Shown here: positions 20,296-32,246 of the stretch, in pieces
Numbering within the stretch: position 1 is the stretch's first letter
Layout of the letters: every line of letters begins with the position of its first letter
Assembly: GCA_963813535.1 (NCBI GenBank)
Contig: CAWEZH010000001.1
Coordinates: 128,001-192,000, forward strand
Direction: 5' to 3'
DNA from: an uncultured Chloroflexia bacterium
GTDB taxonomy: Bacteria; Chloroflexota; Limnocylindria; Limnocylindrales; CSP1-4
DNA length: 64,000 nt
Translations under genes and position numbers: made by a program
The notes under the pieces: generated by a model
Told to the model about the DNA's origin: nothing
What the model saw: the letters and a program-made list of their open reading frames with translations, nothing else
Database searches by the model: none

Positions 20296-21114
20296 TTAGC
20301 CTCCGGCGCCCAGCGCCGCAACCTGTGCGGAGGCGCCCTCGAGGATCGGCTCGCCGTGGCCGACCAGCAGCGTCTCGAAGGTCAGCTTGCCCAGCTTCAC
20401 GATCGACTCCCTGGCCTGCGCCTCGTCCTCGGTGAACTGCGGACTCGGGCCGGAAAGCGCGCCACTCGCTGTCCCGAGCGCGTCACCGGCGACGAGGATC
20501 CCGCCGACCTCGTCGAGGACCGCGATGTGTCCGGGGGTGTGCCCGGGCGTCGCCACCATGCGCAGGCCGAACACCATCTCCCCGTCGGCCACCGCGGTGA
20601 TCGGTCGAGGTGCCGAGATGGCCGGGATATCGGCCTCGCCTGCGTATGCCGTCGCCTCGGGGGCTGCAGTCAGCACCGCGTCGACGCTGCCGGCGTGATC
20701 GCCGTGTCGATGGGTGAGGATCACGTGCCCGACCGCCGGCCAATCGAGGCCGGCTGCGCTCAGCGCGTCGTGGATCGTGCCCTCGCTGCCGGCGACGCCC
20801 GTATCGACGATGGCTGCCTCACCGGCCCGCACGAGCACATACGCCGACACGAACCCGAGGTTCGCTCGCTGCCAAGTCACGCCGCCGGACGCCGACGTGG
20901 GCGGCGGGCTCGACGATCCGTCGGAACTTCCGGCCGCTGTCGCGTCTGGGCTCGCAGACGACCCGCCCGAGGTGGACGGCTCGGCGGGTTGCGACGGGAC
21001 GGCCGAGCTCAGCGCGGGCCCACAGCCGGCCACGCCGAGTACGGCGATGGCGATCGTGCCGCGACCGGCGTGGACGAGGAATGTGCGGCGGGTGAGGTCG
21101 ACGGTCGGATACAT
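20296..21114 (-). CDS. Tat-exported lipoprotein, metallo-beta-lactamase fold
   Basis: TRRTFL Tat motif, VAGC lipobox, THRHGDH, PGHTPGH, GDA, GHG. Confidence 0.85.
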   Translation of the reverse strand: MYPTVDLTRRTFLVHAGRGTIAIAVLGVAGCGPALSSAVPSQPAEPSTSGGSSASPDATAAGSSDGSSSPPPTSASGGVTWQRANLGFVSAYVLVRAGEAAIVDTGVAGSEGTIHDALSAAGLDWPAVGHVILTHRHGDHAGSVDAVLTAAPEATAYAGEADIPAISAPRPITAVADGEMVFGLRMVATPGHTPGHIAVLDEVGGILVAGDALGTASGALSGPSPQFTEDEAQARESIVKLGKLTFETLLVGHGEPILEGASAQVAALGAGG

Positions 21115-21251
21115 CGCAACCGATGGTACGTCGTCATCCGCGGGACGGTTCCGAGTGGTTCGAAGATGGGCCGGTGGCCAGGATCGAGTTTCCGTGTCGC
21201 GGTAGCCATGCCGGTCGGGCGGCGACGCGCCCGTCAAATGGCACCCGAACC

Positions 21252-21280
21252 TTGCACCCCGCCTCCACGCCTCGTACGAT
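21252..21280 (+). promoter_or_regulatory. Putative sigma70-type promoter
   Basis: TTGCAC-N17-TACGAT. Confidence 0.65.
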
Positions 21281-21398
21281 GCGACGACCCTGCGCTGCCA
21301 CGTACGGGGTCCGTCCACGTCCCGCCTCGAGCGGGACATCGCTTCGGCGACTGGGATGCATGGACCCGCGATGGCACCAGGTTCGGAGGGCTTCGGCC

Positions 21399-22495
<1,097 letters not shown>

Positions 22496-22499
<4 letters not shown>

Positions 22500-23116
22500 C
22501 CGACGATCGACCCACGAGCGACAGCACGGCCCCGGAGGATCCCTCCGGGGCCGATCTTCGTGAGCGCGTGGTCGATCGACGCATCCTTCATCGCGGGTCG
22601 TTCATCGAATTCCGCGTCGATACGATCGAGCGCGCCGATGGATCGCGCGCGACCCGGGATTTCGCCGGTCATCCGGGTGCCGTCGCGATCGTCGCGCTCG
22701 ACGGCGATGGCCGCGTGGCGCTCGTCCGGCAGTGGCGGCTTGCCGCCGACGACGCGCTGCTCGAGATCCCGGCCGGCGGGCTGGACATCGCCGACGACGG
22801 CACGAAGGAGGAGCCCGACCTGGCGGCCGCGCGGGAGCTTGAGGAGGAGACCGGTCTGCGGGCCGGGTCGTGGCGGAAGCTGGGTCAGTTCTACTCGGCG
22901 CCGGGCTTCACCGACGAGCTGATGAACCTGTATCTCGCCACACAGCTCACCCCGGCCGGCGACGACGGGCGCCTCGGTCCGGACGAGGATGAGCGGTTGA
23001 TCCTGGAATGGCGACCGTGGCAGGCAGCGGTCGCCGCGGCCGAAGCGGGCGAGATCCGCGATGCCAAGTCGATCGTCGGGCTGTTCTGGCTCGCGCGTGT
23101 GATGGACGAGGGGTAG
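22496..23116 (+). CDS. NUDIX hydrolase (NudF/ADP-ribose pyrophosphatase-like)
   Basis: EIPAG...[16 protein letters not shown]; probable CTG start at 22496 (track start 22568). Confidence 0.88.
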
Positions 23117-23196
23117 CCCAGGCACGATCGCGCGCGATGACCTCCTGCTATCGTCCCTCAGCGAAGGGGCCGGTGAGCGCGTGGGAGGACGGTCGA

Positions 23197-24765
23197 GTGC
23201 GCCGACGATCCAGACCCACCGCTCTGCTCGGGGCGATCATCGTCGCGGCCAGCTGCGCACAAGCGAGCCCGAGCGCGAGCCCGAACGTCGAGGCATCGCC
23301 GACCGCCGACACATCCCCATCGGCGTCACGTGTCGCCACACCTTCGGCTCCGGCAGCCTTCTGGGTCGACGCCACGGAGGCCACGATCGGCACGCTTGCC
23401 GAATGGTCGAACAAGGTCGAGGTCGCCGACATCGATGCGGACGGGGATGTCGACATCCTCATCGCCAACGGTGGGGACTACGAGACTCCTGGGACGCCGG
23501 TACCGTCACGCGTCCTTGTGAACGACGGCAACGGCCGATTCGAGGACCGGTCGACCGATGTCCTCGGTCCCGAACCCGGCTTGGTTCGGGTCATCAAGGT
23601 GCGCGATCTCGACGGTGATGGCCTGGTGGACATCGTGCTCGGCGCGACATATCAGACCCAGACGCGTCTCCTACTCGGCCGCGGCCGGCTCGAGTTCGAG
23701 GATGTGACGGCTACCCACCTGCCCGACGCGGTCGCCAGCGTCGGTGACCTCGAGATCGGTGATCTCGACGCCGATGGCGACCTCGACATCGTCCTGGCCG
23801 ACTGGGGCAAGGGCAACCCGATGCAGGGTGCGAAAGCACCGCCGATCGTCTGGCTGGCAGGGAAGAGCGGACGTTTCGCGCAGGCGCCGGCCGATGCCGT
23901 TCCCGGCCGAGCGTTGGGGTTCTCGTGGGACATCGAGCTCCTCGATGTCGACAACGACCTCGACCTGGACATCCTCGAGTCCTGCAAGGTCTGCGACGGT
24001 GGTCTGCTGCTCCACAACGACGGTCGCGGGCGATTCAGCGATGGTTCGGCGAACCTGCCGCAAGCCCCGAACAACTACGACTTCGAGTCGATGGACCTCG
24101 ATGGCGACGGCTTCCTCGATGTGGTCACGATCAACGACGGTCCCGATTTCAAGGAACGCTTCCTCCGTGGCGACGGGCAGGGCGGGTTCGTCGATGCGAC
24201 AGCCGATCTGTGGCCGGCCGACTCGAACATCACCGGCGACGACAACGTCATCGTGTATCTCGATGCCGAGTCCGATGGTGACGCCGACTTCGTCATCGGG
24301 GCGCTCGACGTGCCGGACCGTCTGATCCTGAACGATGGGACCGGGCACCTGACACTCGTCCGCGGGATGTTCGAGGGGCCGGCCACCAGCGGCACGCTGG
24401 GCATGGCGATGGCCGACCTCGACGGCGACGATCGCATCGACGTCGTCCAGGCGCAGGGCGAGGCGGCGTTCCCGGAGACGGTCCACCTCGGCGCCGCCAT
24501 CCCGCCCGACACCGCCCCGCCGACGTTCCCACTCTTGCGACGGGTCGGCGATGTGCTCGTCGCCCGCGTCACCGACCACACGAGCCCACCAACGGTCGAT
24601 CTCGTCGAGGTCGTCGCCGAGGGTGCGTCGGGGACGGTGCCGATGCGCTGGTACGGAGAGTCGCTCTGGCGAGCGGACGTGGGCGACCAGGGTGGCATCA
24701 CCGTGTGCGCGACCGATCGAGCCGGCAACCGAGCGTGTTCCGAGGAGATCGTGTCAGGCGGCTGA
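23197..24765 (+). CDS. FG-GAP/VCBS repeat beta-propeller lipoprotein
   Basis: About 7 DxDxDGxxD repeats; signal peptide ending AASC. Confidence 0.85.
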   Translation: MRRRSRPTALLGAIIVAASCAQASPSASPNVEASPTADTSPSASRVATPSAPAAFWVDATEATIGTLAEWSNKVEVADIDADGDVDILIANGGDYETPGTPVPSRVLVNDGNGRFEDRSTDVLGPEPGLVRVIKVRDLDGDGLVDIVLGATYQTQTRLLLGRGRLEFEDVTATHLPDAVASVGDLEIGDLDADGDLDIVLADWGKGNPMQGAKAPPIVWLAGKSGRFAQAPADAVPGRALGFSWDIELLDVDNDLDLDILESCKVCDGGLLLHNDGRGRFSDGSANLPQAPNNYDFESMDLDGDGFLDVVTINDGPDFKERFLRGDGQGGFVDATADLWPADSNITGDDNVIVYLDAESDGDADFVIGALDVPDRLILNDGTGHLTLVRGMFEGPATSGTLGMAMADLDGDDRIDVVQAQGEAAFPETVHLGAAIPPDTAPPTFPLLRRVGDVLVARVTDHTSPPTVDLVEVVAEGASGTVPMRWYGESLWRADVGDQGGITVCATDRAGNRACSEEIVSGG

Positions 24766-24774
24766 ATTTGGTCG

Positions 24775-25167
24775 TCAGCCGGTCGGGCCGAGGCGCTCGA
24801 GCGCGTCCCGATAGAGGCTCGAATCCGGGCTCAGCGCCACCGCGATCCGAAGGTGCGTACCGGCCTCGTCCCGCCGCCCGAGCCGCTTCAGGCTCTGGCC
24901 AAGGGCGAAGTGCGCGTACGGCGCGGACGGGTCCAAGTCGAGGATCCGCTCGAACGTCGCCCTCGCGGGCTCGTGCTGGCCGGAGTTGTAGTACGCCCGT
25001 CCGAGCGCCTCGAGGATCGACGCCTTACCCGGCTCCAGTCGGTCGGCGCGCTCGAGCACGATGGCCGCTTGCGCATGGTGCCGGGAGGCGAGCAGCGCAT
25101 GACCGCGCTGGAGCAGGTCGTATGCCGATTCGTGATCGGCAGCCTCATCGGGCAGGCGGTCGTCCAC
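24775..25167 (-). CDS. Tetratricopeptide repeat protein
   Basis: LGRAYY, AHFALGQSL TPR-like helices. Confidence 0.85.
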   Translation of the reverse strand: MDDRLPDEAADHESAYDLLQRGHALLASRHHAQAAIVLERADRLEPGKASILEALGRAYYNSGQHEPARATFERILDLDPSAPYAHFALGQSLKRLGRRDEAGTHLRIAVALSPDSSLYRDALERLGPTG

Positions 25168-25256
25168 GCCGTCATCCTCGCACGAAGGCGCTGCGAGGGT
25201 CGTCGGTCGGCTCGATCGGACGTTTCGGTCGGGCGACAGACGCCCCGCCCCGACAG

Positions 25257-26306
25257 TCAGCTCGGTACGGCGTCCGCGAGGGCCTGGCGGTACTGGGCCA
25301 GGTCGACCGGCTGGAGCCTCGGCGAATGGGTGATGCCGGGGATCCGGCCACGCTTGGCGATCGGCCGGCCGTCGATCTCCTTGATGTCACCGGTGAAGTC
25401 GATCGGCGACGCGCCGCTGATATGCGATCCCACCGCGTACGAGTCGACCGGCGAGCCGGCCTCCTTGAAGTAGCGCACCCGGTCGGGGCTCAGGCCGCCC
25501 GACACGACGATCCTGACGTGCTGATACCCCTCCTGGTCGAGGCGCGCGCGGATCTCCGTGACGAGATCGGCCGTGACCCGGCCTCGCTCGGACGGCGTGT
25601 CCAGCCGGATGCCATAGAGCCGATCGCCCAGCGCGTGCGCGACACGGAGCGCCTCTTCGGCCTCGTCCTTGAACGTGTCGACCAGCACGATCCGTGACAC
25701 CTCCGGCCCGAGGTGGCGATCGAACGCCAAGGCGGCCTCGACCGTGTCACCGAAGATCAGGACGAGCGAATGGGGCATGGTCCCGGTCGGAGCGAGGCCC
25801 GCCAGCCGTGCACCCGCCGGCGTCGAGGCACCCACGCAGCCACCGACGATCGCCGCGTAATCGAGCACGTCGGTGATGTCAGGGTGGACGTGGCGGGCGC
25901 CGAAGCTGATGACCGGTTCGGGAGCCGCGACATCGACGATCTCGCGGGCCGCCGTCGCCCAGCCGGTCGATTGGGCGAGCATGCCCAGCAGCGCCGTCTC
26001 GTACAGGCCGAACCGACGGTAGCGCGCACGGATCCGGAGCACGACCTCGCGCGGTGCGATGCGGTCGCCGTCCGACAGCGCCTCGACCTGCGTCTCGTCC
26101 GGGTCGCACTCGGCGAGGACGTGGCCGAGCAGGTTCTTCGCCTCGTCGATCCCGCACAGGACGGCCTCACGGCGCGTGAAGACCTCCATCGTCACGAGTG
26201 GGTCGAGGCCCTCGGCCTCGAGGATGCTTTCGGCCCTCGCGAAGTAGACGTCGGCGGAATCGCCGGACAGGATCTCGGTCGACGGCCGTGGCCGCTGGAT
26301 ACCCAT
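25257..26306 (-). CDS. pncB: Nicotinate phosphoribosyltransferase
   Basis: DVYF, FGARH, GTMPH, LVDTF, RLDTP, VSGG. Confidence 0.9.
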   Translation of the reverse strand: MGIQRPRPSTEILSGDSADVYFARAESILEAEGLDPLVTMEVFTRREAVLCGIDEAKNLLGHVLAECDPDETQVEALSDGDRIAPREVVLRIRARYRRFGLYETALLGMLAQSTGWATAAREIVDVAAPEPVISFGARHVHPDITDVLDYAAIVGGCVGASTPAGARLAGLAPTGTMPHSLVLIFGDTVEAALAFDRHLGPEVSRIVLVDTFKDEAEEALRVAHALGDRLYGIRLDTPSERGRVTADLVTEIRARLDQEGYQHVRIVVSGGLSPDRVRYFKEAGSPVDSYAVGSHISGASPIDFTGDIKEIDGRPIAKRGRIPGITHSPRLQPVDLAQYRQALADAVPS

Positions 26307-26407
26307 TCAGTCCAGCTCTGCTCCTGGTGGGGTCTCGATGCGTGTCGACGGCACCTCGGGTCGCGCGCCCGACGGCTCCGATGTGGCCGGGAGTGTAGTC
26401 GATGCGG

Positions 26408-28444
26408 TCACTCGGACACCTGATCCCGAAGAGGTCTCGCCTGCATCCTGACGCGCCTCCGTCGCCGTCGCTGCAGGGTGACCATGAGGAGCGCAAGGAT
26501 GAACAGCACCGCGACGACGATCGTGGCGATGCTGAATGCGCGCGCCTGACCGACCGGCTCGGCGTTCGACCACGTTGCGGCGGCCTCGTCGGATGCCTGT
26601 GCAGATGCAGCGAGGTCACCTCGGATGAACGCGTCTCGCGCGGCCACGAGGTCGGCCTCCGGCGTTTCGCCCATCAGGCCCAGCGTCATCAAGGGCGTCG
26701 ACTCGACCGGGCGGCGCGCGGTCGCAGCCACGTATTGCTCGATCACCTGGAGCTCGGCGCCGGCCTCGGCGATGGCGTCATCGAACCCATCGTCGTCCTC
26801 GAATGACTGACGCAACGCAGCTGGCGCGATCAGGCCGGCATCGGCCGCCGCGGTCACGACGCGGCCACGCAGCTCGAGCACCGATTCCGCGCCGTCCATG
26901 AGCGTCTTGGCCTCGTCGAAGCGCCAGGCCCGCATGGCGTCGCGGATCGACAGGGGCGCGTGCCAGTCGCGGACCTTGGTCACGAACCTGTCGTACCGAG
27001 CGCGGGCAGCCAGCCGCGCGTCGAGCAGCGGGATGTCCTCCGGCCGGGCCACCCATGCTCGCCATAGGTCGTCGTACGTCTTGTCGGTGCGGGCCTCGAG
27101 CAGGTCCAGCAGGCCGCGCCAGTCGACCGGTCCGCCGACGATCTCCTCGCCGCCGCCGGATGGCTGGTACGCGCTGATCCGATCGGCGGCATCACCCCAG
27201 ACCTCGCGGAGCCCGCGCTCGCCGGCGCGTTTCCCGATCTCCCGGGCCAGCACCAGGACGGCGGCGTACGCGTAATCCTCCTGGGGCACCTCGACCGTCC
27301 CGACCGCCCCCCAGGCGTTGAGCGGGATGCGCGACTTCTTGAGCTCGTCGGTGAGGCGATCCGAGGTGACCTTGAGCTTGCCGTCGGCGGCGGCGAGTTC
27401 GGCATAGTAGGAGGCGAAGGCCTCGTTCGACCAGCGATCCGCGAGCAACGCGCCGTTGAACCACGCATGGGCGGCTTCGTGCAGTACGACGAAGTCGTCG
27501 GCGTAGTAGGCGATAGCGACCTCGGCGGCCGACGGGTCGAAGATCCCGGCATAGCCGCCGGTCGAGCGGCTGACGGCCTCGGTTACCACGAGTGGCTGGT
27601 CGTAGTCCGGCCATGGCAGGCCGATGCGCGCCCCGAGCGCGGGCAGCGAGAGACCGAGCAATCGGCGGATCCGCTGGGCCCACGCGGAGTCGTCGGCCCA
27701 GGCGCGGACGGTGACCTTGATGTCGCGCCCGAGGACATTGGCGGCCACGGTGGAATCGCGGTACGCACCGGGCCGATCCGCGACGAGGTAGGCGAAGAAG
27801 TCGAGCGGCTTCGACAGTGCGCCCGTCCGGAAGATCGTCCGCCCGTCGCCGGCCGTCGTCGGCGACGGGATGCGTCCGGCCTCGACCGCGACCTGGTAGC
27901 CCTGCGGGAAGACCACCGTGACCGAGCTGCCCGAGGTCTCGTCGCTTCCGAAGGCCCAGACGGGGAACGACACCAGCGTGTCGCCGATGCGCAGGTCGCG
28001 CGTCGGTGTACCACCCGGATCCTTGAGATCGAACGCCAGCTGGTAGCGCGCCGACTTGCCACTGCCCAGGTCCTGGGCAAGGTTCAGTCGCAGCAGCGTG
28101 AACGACGCGGTCCGCCGTGTGACCCCGACGCTCGGCAGACCGTTGCCTTCCCAACTGAGCCGGTAGCCGCTCGAGCCCGGCAGGACCGCAAGGAACGCAT
28201 GGTCGAAGAAGTAGCGCTTCGTGGTGGTGTCGCGGAGGCGATTGGTGAGGGTCAGGTCGAGCGTCACGCGGACCCTCGACTTCGACGGCTGGACGTCGTA
28301 CCGCGCGGCGGCCACGATGGTGAGGTCCGGCGTCGCCGCTCGGACGGTGGCCGGCCCCGGGCCCGGCGTGCCGATGCCGAACGCCCCGCTCGCCAGTGCG
28401 ATGACGAGCGCGAGCCCGATGCGCGCCGCGGGCGACGATCTCAC
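26408..28444 (-). CDS. Secreted, C-terminally anchored gluzincin (M1-like) metallopeptidase
   Basis: Signal peptide, HEAAHAW...NEAFA, C-terminal TM followed by RRRRR; GTGA overlap with upstream gene. Confidence 0.75.
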   Translation of the reverse strand: MRSSPAARIGLALVIALASGAFGIGTPGPGPATVRAATPDLTIVAAARYDVQPSKSRVRVTLDLTLTNRLRDTTTKRYFFDHAFLAVLPGSSGYRLSWEGNGLPSVGVTRRTASFTLLRLNLAQDLGSGKSARYQLAFDLKDPGGTPTRDLRIGDTLVSFPVWAFGSDETSGSSVTVVFPQGYQVAVEAGRIPSPTTAGDGRTIFRTGALSKPLDFFAYLVADRPGAYRDSTVAANVLGRDIKVTVRAWADDSAWAQRIRRLLGLSLPALGARIGLPWPDYDQPLVVTEAVSRSTGGYAGIFDPSAAEVAIAYYADDFVVLHEAAHAWFNGALLADRWSNEAFASYYAELAAADGKLKVTSDRLTDELKKSRIPLNAWGAVGTVEVPQEDYAYAAVLVLAREIGKRAGERGLREVWGDAADRISAYQPSGGGEEIVGGPVDWRGLLDLLEARTDKTYDDLWRAWVARPEDIPLLDARLAARARYDRFVTKVRDWHAPLSIRDAMRAWRFDEAKTLMDGAESVLELRGRVVTAAADAGLIAPAALRQSFEDDDGFDDAIAEAGAELQVIEQYVAATARRPVESTPLMTLGLMGETPEADLVAARDAFIRGDLAASAQASDEAAATWSNAEPVGQARAFSIATIVVAVLFILALLMVTLQRRRRRRVRMQARPLRDQVSE

Positions 28445-29064
28445 GAGCTCGACCCGTCGTCGGTCGTGGCGGTCACATCGGTGGTCTCCGCCGCACCAGC
28501 AGCGCCCTCCGTCATCACCGACGTCTCGAGCAATTCCTCGAGGCGCTCGTCGTAGCGCGCGAGGAAGGCGCCGTTGCGTCCCGTCCGGCCCGACTGATCG
28601 GGGATCCGCCCGCCGATCCACAACCAACCCGCGGATTCCTCGAACAAGCGGTCGGCGATGCCGACGATCCGTGCGAGCGCGAGACCCAGGCCATCGGCCG
28701 TCGGCGGAACGGGTGCATCGGCGATCGGCAGCTCGACGGCCAGCAATGGCCGCTCGTCCTCGCTCAACGAGAACTTGGCGAACGGGAATTCATCGTTCCA
28801 GCGGAGCAGCTTGCGGTACGACTTCCGGAACATGTCACCGATCGGCGGCGCGAACTGGGCCCAGCAGATCAAGGCCAGGGCGGGGTCGAGGATGACCGTC
28901 ACCCGGAGGTCGAAGCGGCGGCGACCGTCGAGCACGAGATCCCAGCTGGCGATCCCATCGCGCTCGGCCCGGTCGACGGGCTCCAGGCCCAGGTCGGTGA
29001 GCCAGCGCTCGACGTCGGCCGGCGAAGCAGCGCCCAAGGGCGCGCCGAGGTCGGCGGAAGGCAT
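28441..29064 (-). CDS. YbjN-like (type III chaperone fold) protein
   Basis: YRKLLRWN...FAKFSL pattern; TAGACT 9 nt upstream of ATG. Confidence 0.65.
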   Translation of the reverse strand: MPSADLGAPLGAASPADVERWLTDLGLEPVDRAERDGIASWDLVLDGRRRFDLRVTVILDPALALICWAQFAPPIGDMFRKSYRKLLRWNDEFPFAKFSLSEDERPLLAVELPIADAPVPPTADGLGLALARIVGIADRLFEESAGWLWIGGRIPDQSGRTGRNGAFLARYDERLEELLETSVMTEGAAGAAETTDVTATTDDGSSS

Positions 29065-29126
29065 GGCCCGCGGAGTCTAGCCGAATTCGCTGCGGCGGTC
29101 GACCTCGGCGTCGATCCGGCAGACGG

Positions 29127-30467
29127 TCAGCGGCGGCCGCGGGCCGCCCTGCTCGCCACGGGCTCGACGTGGTCGACTCGCCCGTGGCCGTGCGAGCGAC
29201 GGGATCCGGCGCGCGTCTCGATCGACTCGCCGCTCTTGATGACCTTCTTCGAGAAGTCGCCGATCCGCACGTCCGCGGCCACACGGACGTTGCGCCCGAC
29301 GCGCGTGCCGCGCGGGACGACCGCACGCTTGCCGACGACGGTGATGCCGGCGTTGAGACGGGTCGGCTCCTGCTTGTTCGGTCGATCGTCGAACGGTCCC
29401 GAACCCACGATCGCGCCCTGCCCGACCACGACCTCCTTGTCGAGGATCGCCCGGTCGACGACCGATCCGGACTTGATGTGCGAGTCGAACATCACGATCG
29501 AGTCCCGCACGACGGCGCCGACGTCGACCTTCACACCGGGCGACAGGACCGAGTTCACGACCGTCCCGTTGATGATGCATCCGTGGCTGATGAGGCTCCG
29601 ATGGACCTGGGCCGTCGGCCCGACCTTGGCCGGCGCTCGCTCCTCGGAGCGGGTGTGGATCACCCACTCGGGGTCATACAGGTCGAGCTCCGCGTCGTCC
29701 TGGAGGAGCGCCATGTTGGCCTCCCAGTACGACTGGATCGTCCCGACGTCCTGCCAGTAGCCGTTGTAGCGATAGCCGTACACGCGGGCCTCGGCCTCGA
29801 GCATGTCGGGGATGACGTGTCGCCCGAAATCGACCCGGTCTTCGGACAGCCAGCGGCGGAGCGTCTTCTTGGAGAAGACGTAGACACCCATCGACGCGAG
29901 GTCGCTCTTGGGCTGCTTCGGCTTTTCCTGCCACTCGATGACGCGGTCGTTCTCATCCATCGCGAGGATGCCCATCCGGGACGCCTCGGCGAGCGGCACG
30001 CGGCGGACCGCGATCGTCACGTCCGCCCGGCGCCGTCGGTGGGCGGCGATGAACGGCTGGTAATCCATCTTGTAGATGTGGTCACCTGCGAGGACGACCA
30101 CGGTGTCGGATGGATCGTGCTCGATGACATTCATGTTGCGCAGCACGGCGTCGGCCGTGCCTCGGTACCACTCGGCGACCCTGCCTCGGGCGACGTACGG
30201 CTGGAGCAGCTTCACGCCACCCCGGTTGCGGTCGAGGTCCCACGGCCGACCGAGGCCGATGTGATCGTTGAGGGAGCGCGGGTTGTACTGCGTCAGGACG
30301 ACCACATCGTGGATGTCCGAGTTGACGCAGTTCGACAGCGTGAAGTCAATGATCCGGTACTTGCCGCCGAACGGGACCGCAGGCTTGGCGCGCTCCTGGG
30401 AGAGGATCGACAGCCGCTCGCCCTCGCCGCCCGCGAGGATGATCGCCATCGTGCGCTTCACGGCCAC
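29127..30467 (-). CDS. glgC: Glucose-1-phosphate adenylyltransferase
   Basis: [43 protein letters not shown]. Confidence 0.96.
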   Translation of the reverse strand: MAVKRTMAIILAGGEGERLSILSQERAKPAVPFGGKYRIIDFTLSNCVNSDIHDVVVLTQYNPRSLNDHIGLGRPWDLDRNRGGVKLLQPYVARGRVAEWYRGTADAVLRNMNVIEHDPSDTVVVLAGDHIYKMDYQPFIAAHRRRRADVTIAVRRVPLAEASRMGILAMDENDRVIEWQEKPKQPKSDLASMGVYVFSKKTLRRWLSEDRVDFGRHVIPDMLEAEARVYGYRYNGYWQDVGTIQSYWEANMALLQDDAELDLYDPEWVIHTRSEERAPAKVGPTAQVHRSLISHGCIINGTVVNSVLSPGVKVDVGAVVRDSIVMFDSHIKSGSVVDRAILDKEVVVGQGAIVGSGPFDDRPNKQEPTRLNAGITVVGKRAVVPRGTRVGRNVRVAADVRIGDFSKKVIKSGESIETRAGSRRSHGHGRVDHVEPVASRAARGRR

Positions 30468-30533
30468 GGTGCGCCTCCCGAGTCGGTGGGGATCCTGGGG
30501 CTCGATGCTAGCACGGGTACCCGCTCGGACGAC

Positions 30534-31904
30534 CTACAGGAACAGCCTCGGATTCGCGAAGTCATCGTTCAACTCGACCATCCAATGGAGGTGCGCGCCC
30601 GTCGCGTGGCCGGTCGAACCCTGGGTGCCGATGACCTGACCCTTCTTCACGGACTGGCCGGCCTTGAACGGGCAGCCTGGGACCATGTGGGCATACCAGG
30701 TCTTGAGGTTCCCGGCGTGGGCGATGACGACGATCCAGGCCGGGTCCGGGCCATCCGCCCAGTTCCAGTCGCACTTGACGACGATGCCGGCCGCGGAAGC
30801 GCGGACCTTGGCGCCGGATGGGCCCACGAGGTCGATGCCGTTGTGGAAATGCGCGCAACCGTGTCCGGGAGCGTAGTACTCGAACGAGCTGCAGCCGTAG
30901 TCGCCGCTGACGGTGAAGTCGGCCATCGGCCAGCGCATCGTGCCGTTGAACCTGCTCGGGATCCGTCCGCTGCGGACCTGGGCGGCCACGAGCGCGTTGA
31001 TCTTGACGGCGAGCGCCCGTTGATCGGCGGCGGCCTTGCGGATGATCGCGGCCGCGTTGGCCTTGTTGCGGACGAGTGATGCGTAGCGCGCCTTCTGCTG
31101 GGCGAGCGCTCGCGCGACCTGCCGCTCCAGCCGGCGCAGCTCCTGCCTGGTCTCCTTGAGACCACGCAGCGCCTTGTCGAGGTCGCGCTTCTGGGCGGCC
31201 GTCTGCTGGCGCAGGACGTTGGTCCGGGCACGTGTGTCGGCGACGGTCTGGTGGATCGCGGCGAGCGTCTCCTTGGCCCTGGCGATGCCCTCGGCAAGGG
31301 CCTTGTCCTGTTCCCCCACGTCGATGTAGTAGCTCATCTCGGCGAGCAGGTCCGTGAAGGAGCCGCCGGACAGGAAGGTCTCGAGCGGCGACGTCCTGTT
31401 GGTGTCGTAGGCGCTGCGGACCCGATCGGCCAGTTGCGCGCGACGAGCCGCCAGCTCGAGGCGCTTCGCCTCCTCCTGTGCGACGACCCGTTGCAACTCG
31501 GCGTCCATCGTCTTCAGCTGGGCGACCAGGTCCTGGTAGACCGCCTTGACCTTGTTGATGCGGGTCTGCATCCGGACGATCTTCTTGCGGACCGATTCGA
31601 GGTCCGCGCCGACCTTCCGAAGCTGGTTCCTGGTGTCGGAGATCTCGGCCGACAGGCCCTTCTGGAGGTCGTTGATCGCAGCGAGCTGGGCCTTCTGCTC
31701 GGCGACCTCCTTCTTGAGCGCCGCCTGCTTGGCCTTCGCGTCCGACAGCTCGTCGGCCCGCACTGGTGTGCTCGCGGCGGGGGCGCCCAGGAGGCCCGCC
31801 ACGAGCGGGAACAGCAGCAGCAATGTCGGGAGATGGCGACGGATGCGCCGCGGCCGTGGCCGGACCTGGTTCGACCAACCGGTCGGTCCGGGGCGTGCGT
31901 CCAT
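30534..31904 (-). CDS. Secreted coiled-coil M23 (LytM) peptidase
   Basis: Signal peptide, long coiled coil, HNGID, YAHM and HLH motifs. Confidence 0.88.
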   Translation of the reverse strand: MDARPGPTGWSNQVRPRPRRIRRHLPTLLLLFPLVAGLLGAPAASTPVRADELSDAKAKQAALKKEVAEQKAQLAAINDLQKGLSAEISDTRNQLRKVGADLESVRKKIVRMQTRINKVKAVYQDLVAQLKTMDAELQRVVAQEEAKRLELAARRAQLADRVRSAYDTNRTSPLETFLSGGSFTDLLAEMSYYIDVGEQDKALAEGIARAKETLAAIHQTVADTRARTNVLRQQTAAQKRDLDKALRGLKETRQELRRLERQVARALAQQKARYASLVRNKANAAAIIRKAAADQRALAVKINALVAAQVRSGRIPSRFNGTMRWPMADFTVSGDYGCSSFEYYAPGHGCAHFHNGIDLVGPSGAKVRASAAGIVVKCDWNWADGPDPAWIVVIAHAGNLKTWYAHMVPGCPFKAGQSVKKGQVIGTQGSTGHATGAHLHWMVELNDDFANPRLFL

Positions 31905-32246
31905 GCGATCCGTTCCGGTGCGGCGGCGAATCACGAGGGCGACGTCATCGTGCGAGTAGGCTCCGTAGGCGATGCCGTGGTGGCGGGGCACAGCACCGAA
32001 CGACGGTCACACCCGCCGGTGGGTCGCCGTCCCTGGGACTGGCACAGCCGCAGGACGACGCCGGATCCGGCTCCCCGGGATGATACCCGTCGAGTCCAGC
32101 GACTGTCCTCGAAAGTCTAGCCGCCAGGGCCCGTACGACCGGATGGGCCGATGGTCCCCATCGGGTACTAGACCGCATGGTGGCGCCACACGATGCTCTG
32201 CCGGCGCGTCGTCCTCCTGCGAGCCGGGACGTGCGCCGTGTAATGA

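Noticed and set aside
15255-21114. Genomic island integrated at tRNA-His
   Set aside because: No integrase, no convincing duplicated tRNA 3' end (only an 8-nt GGCCACCC near 19293), and host-like composition.
20296-21114. Metallo-beta-lactamase as an antibiotic resistance gene
   Set aside because: Only the generic MBL-fold motifs are present; nothing specific to class B beta-lactamases.
31905-32246. c-di-AMP (ydaO) riboswitch upstream of the M23 gene
   Set aside because: Expected from context, but the conserved GCTGAA, GGGGAACC and CCGTCAGCTAAC-type elements could not be found.
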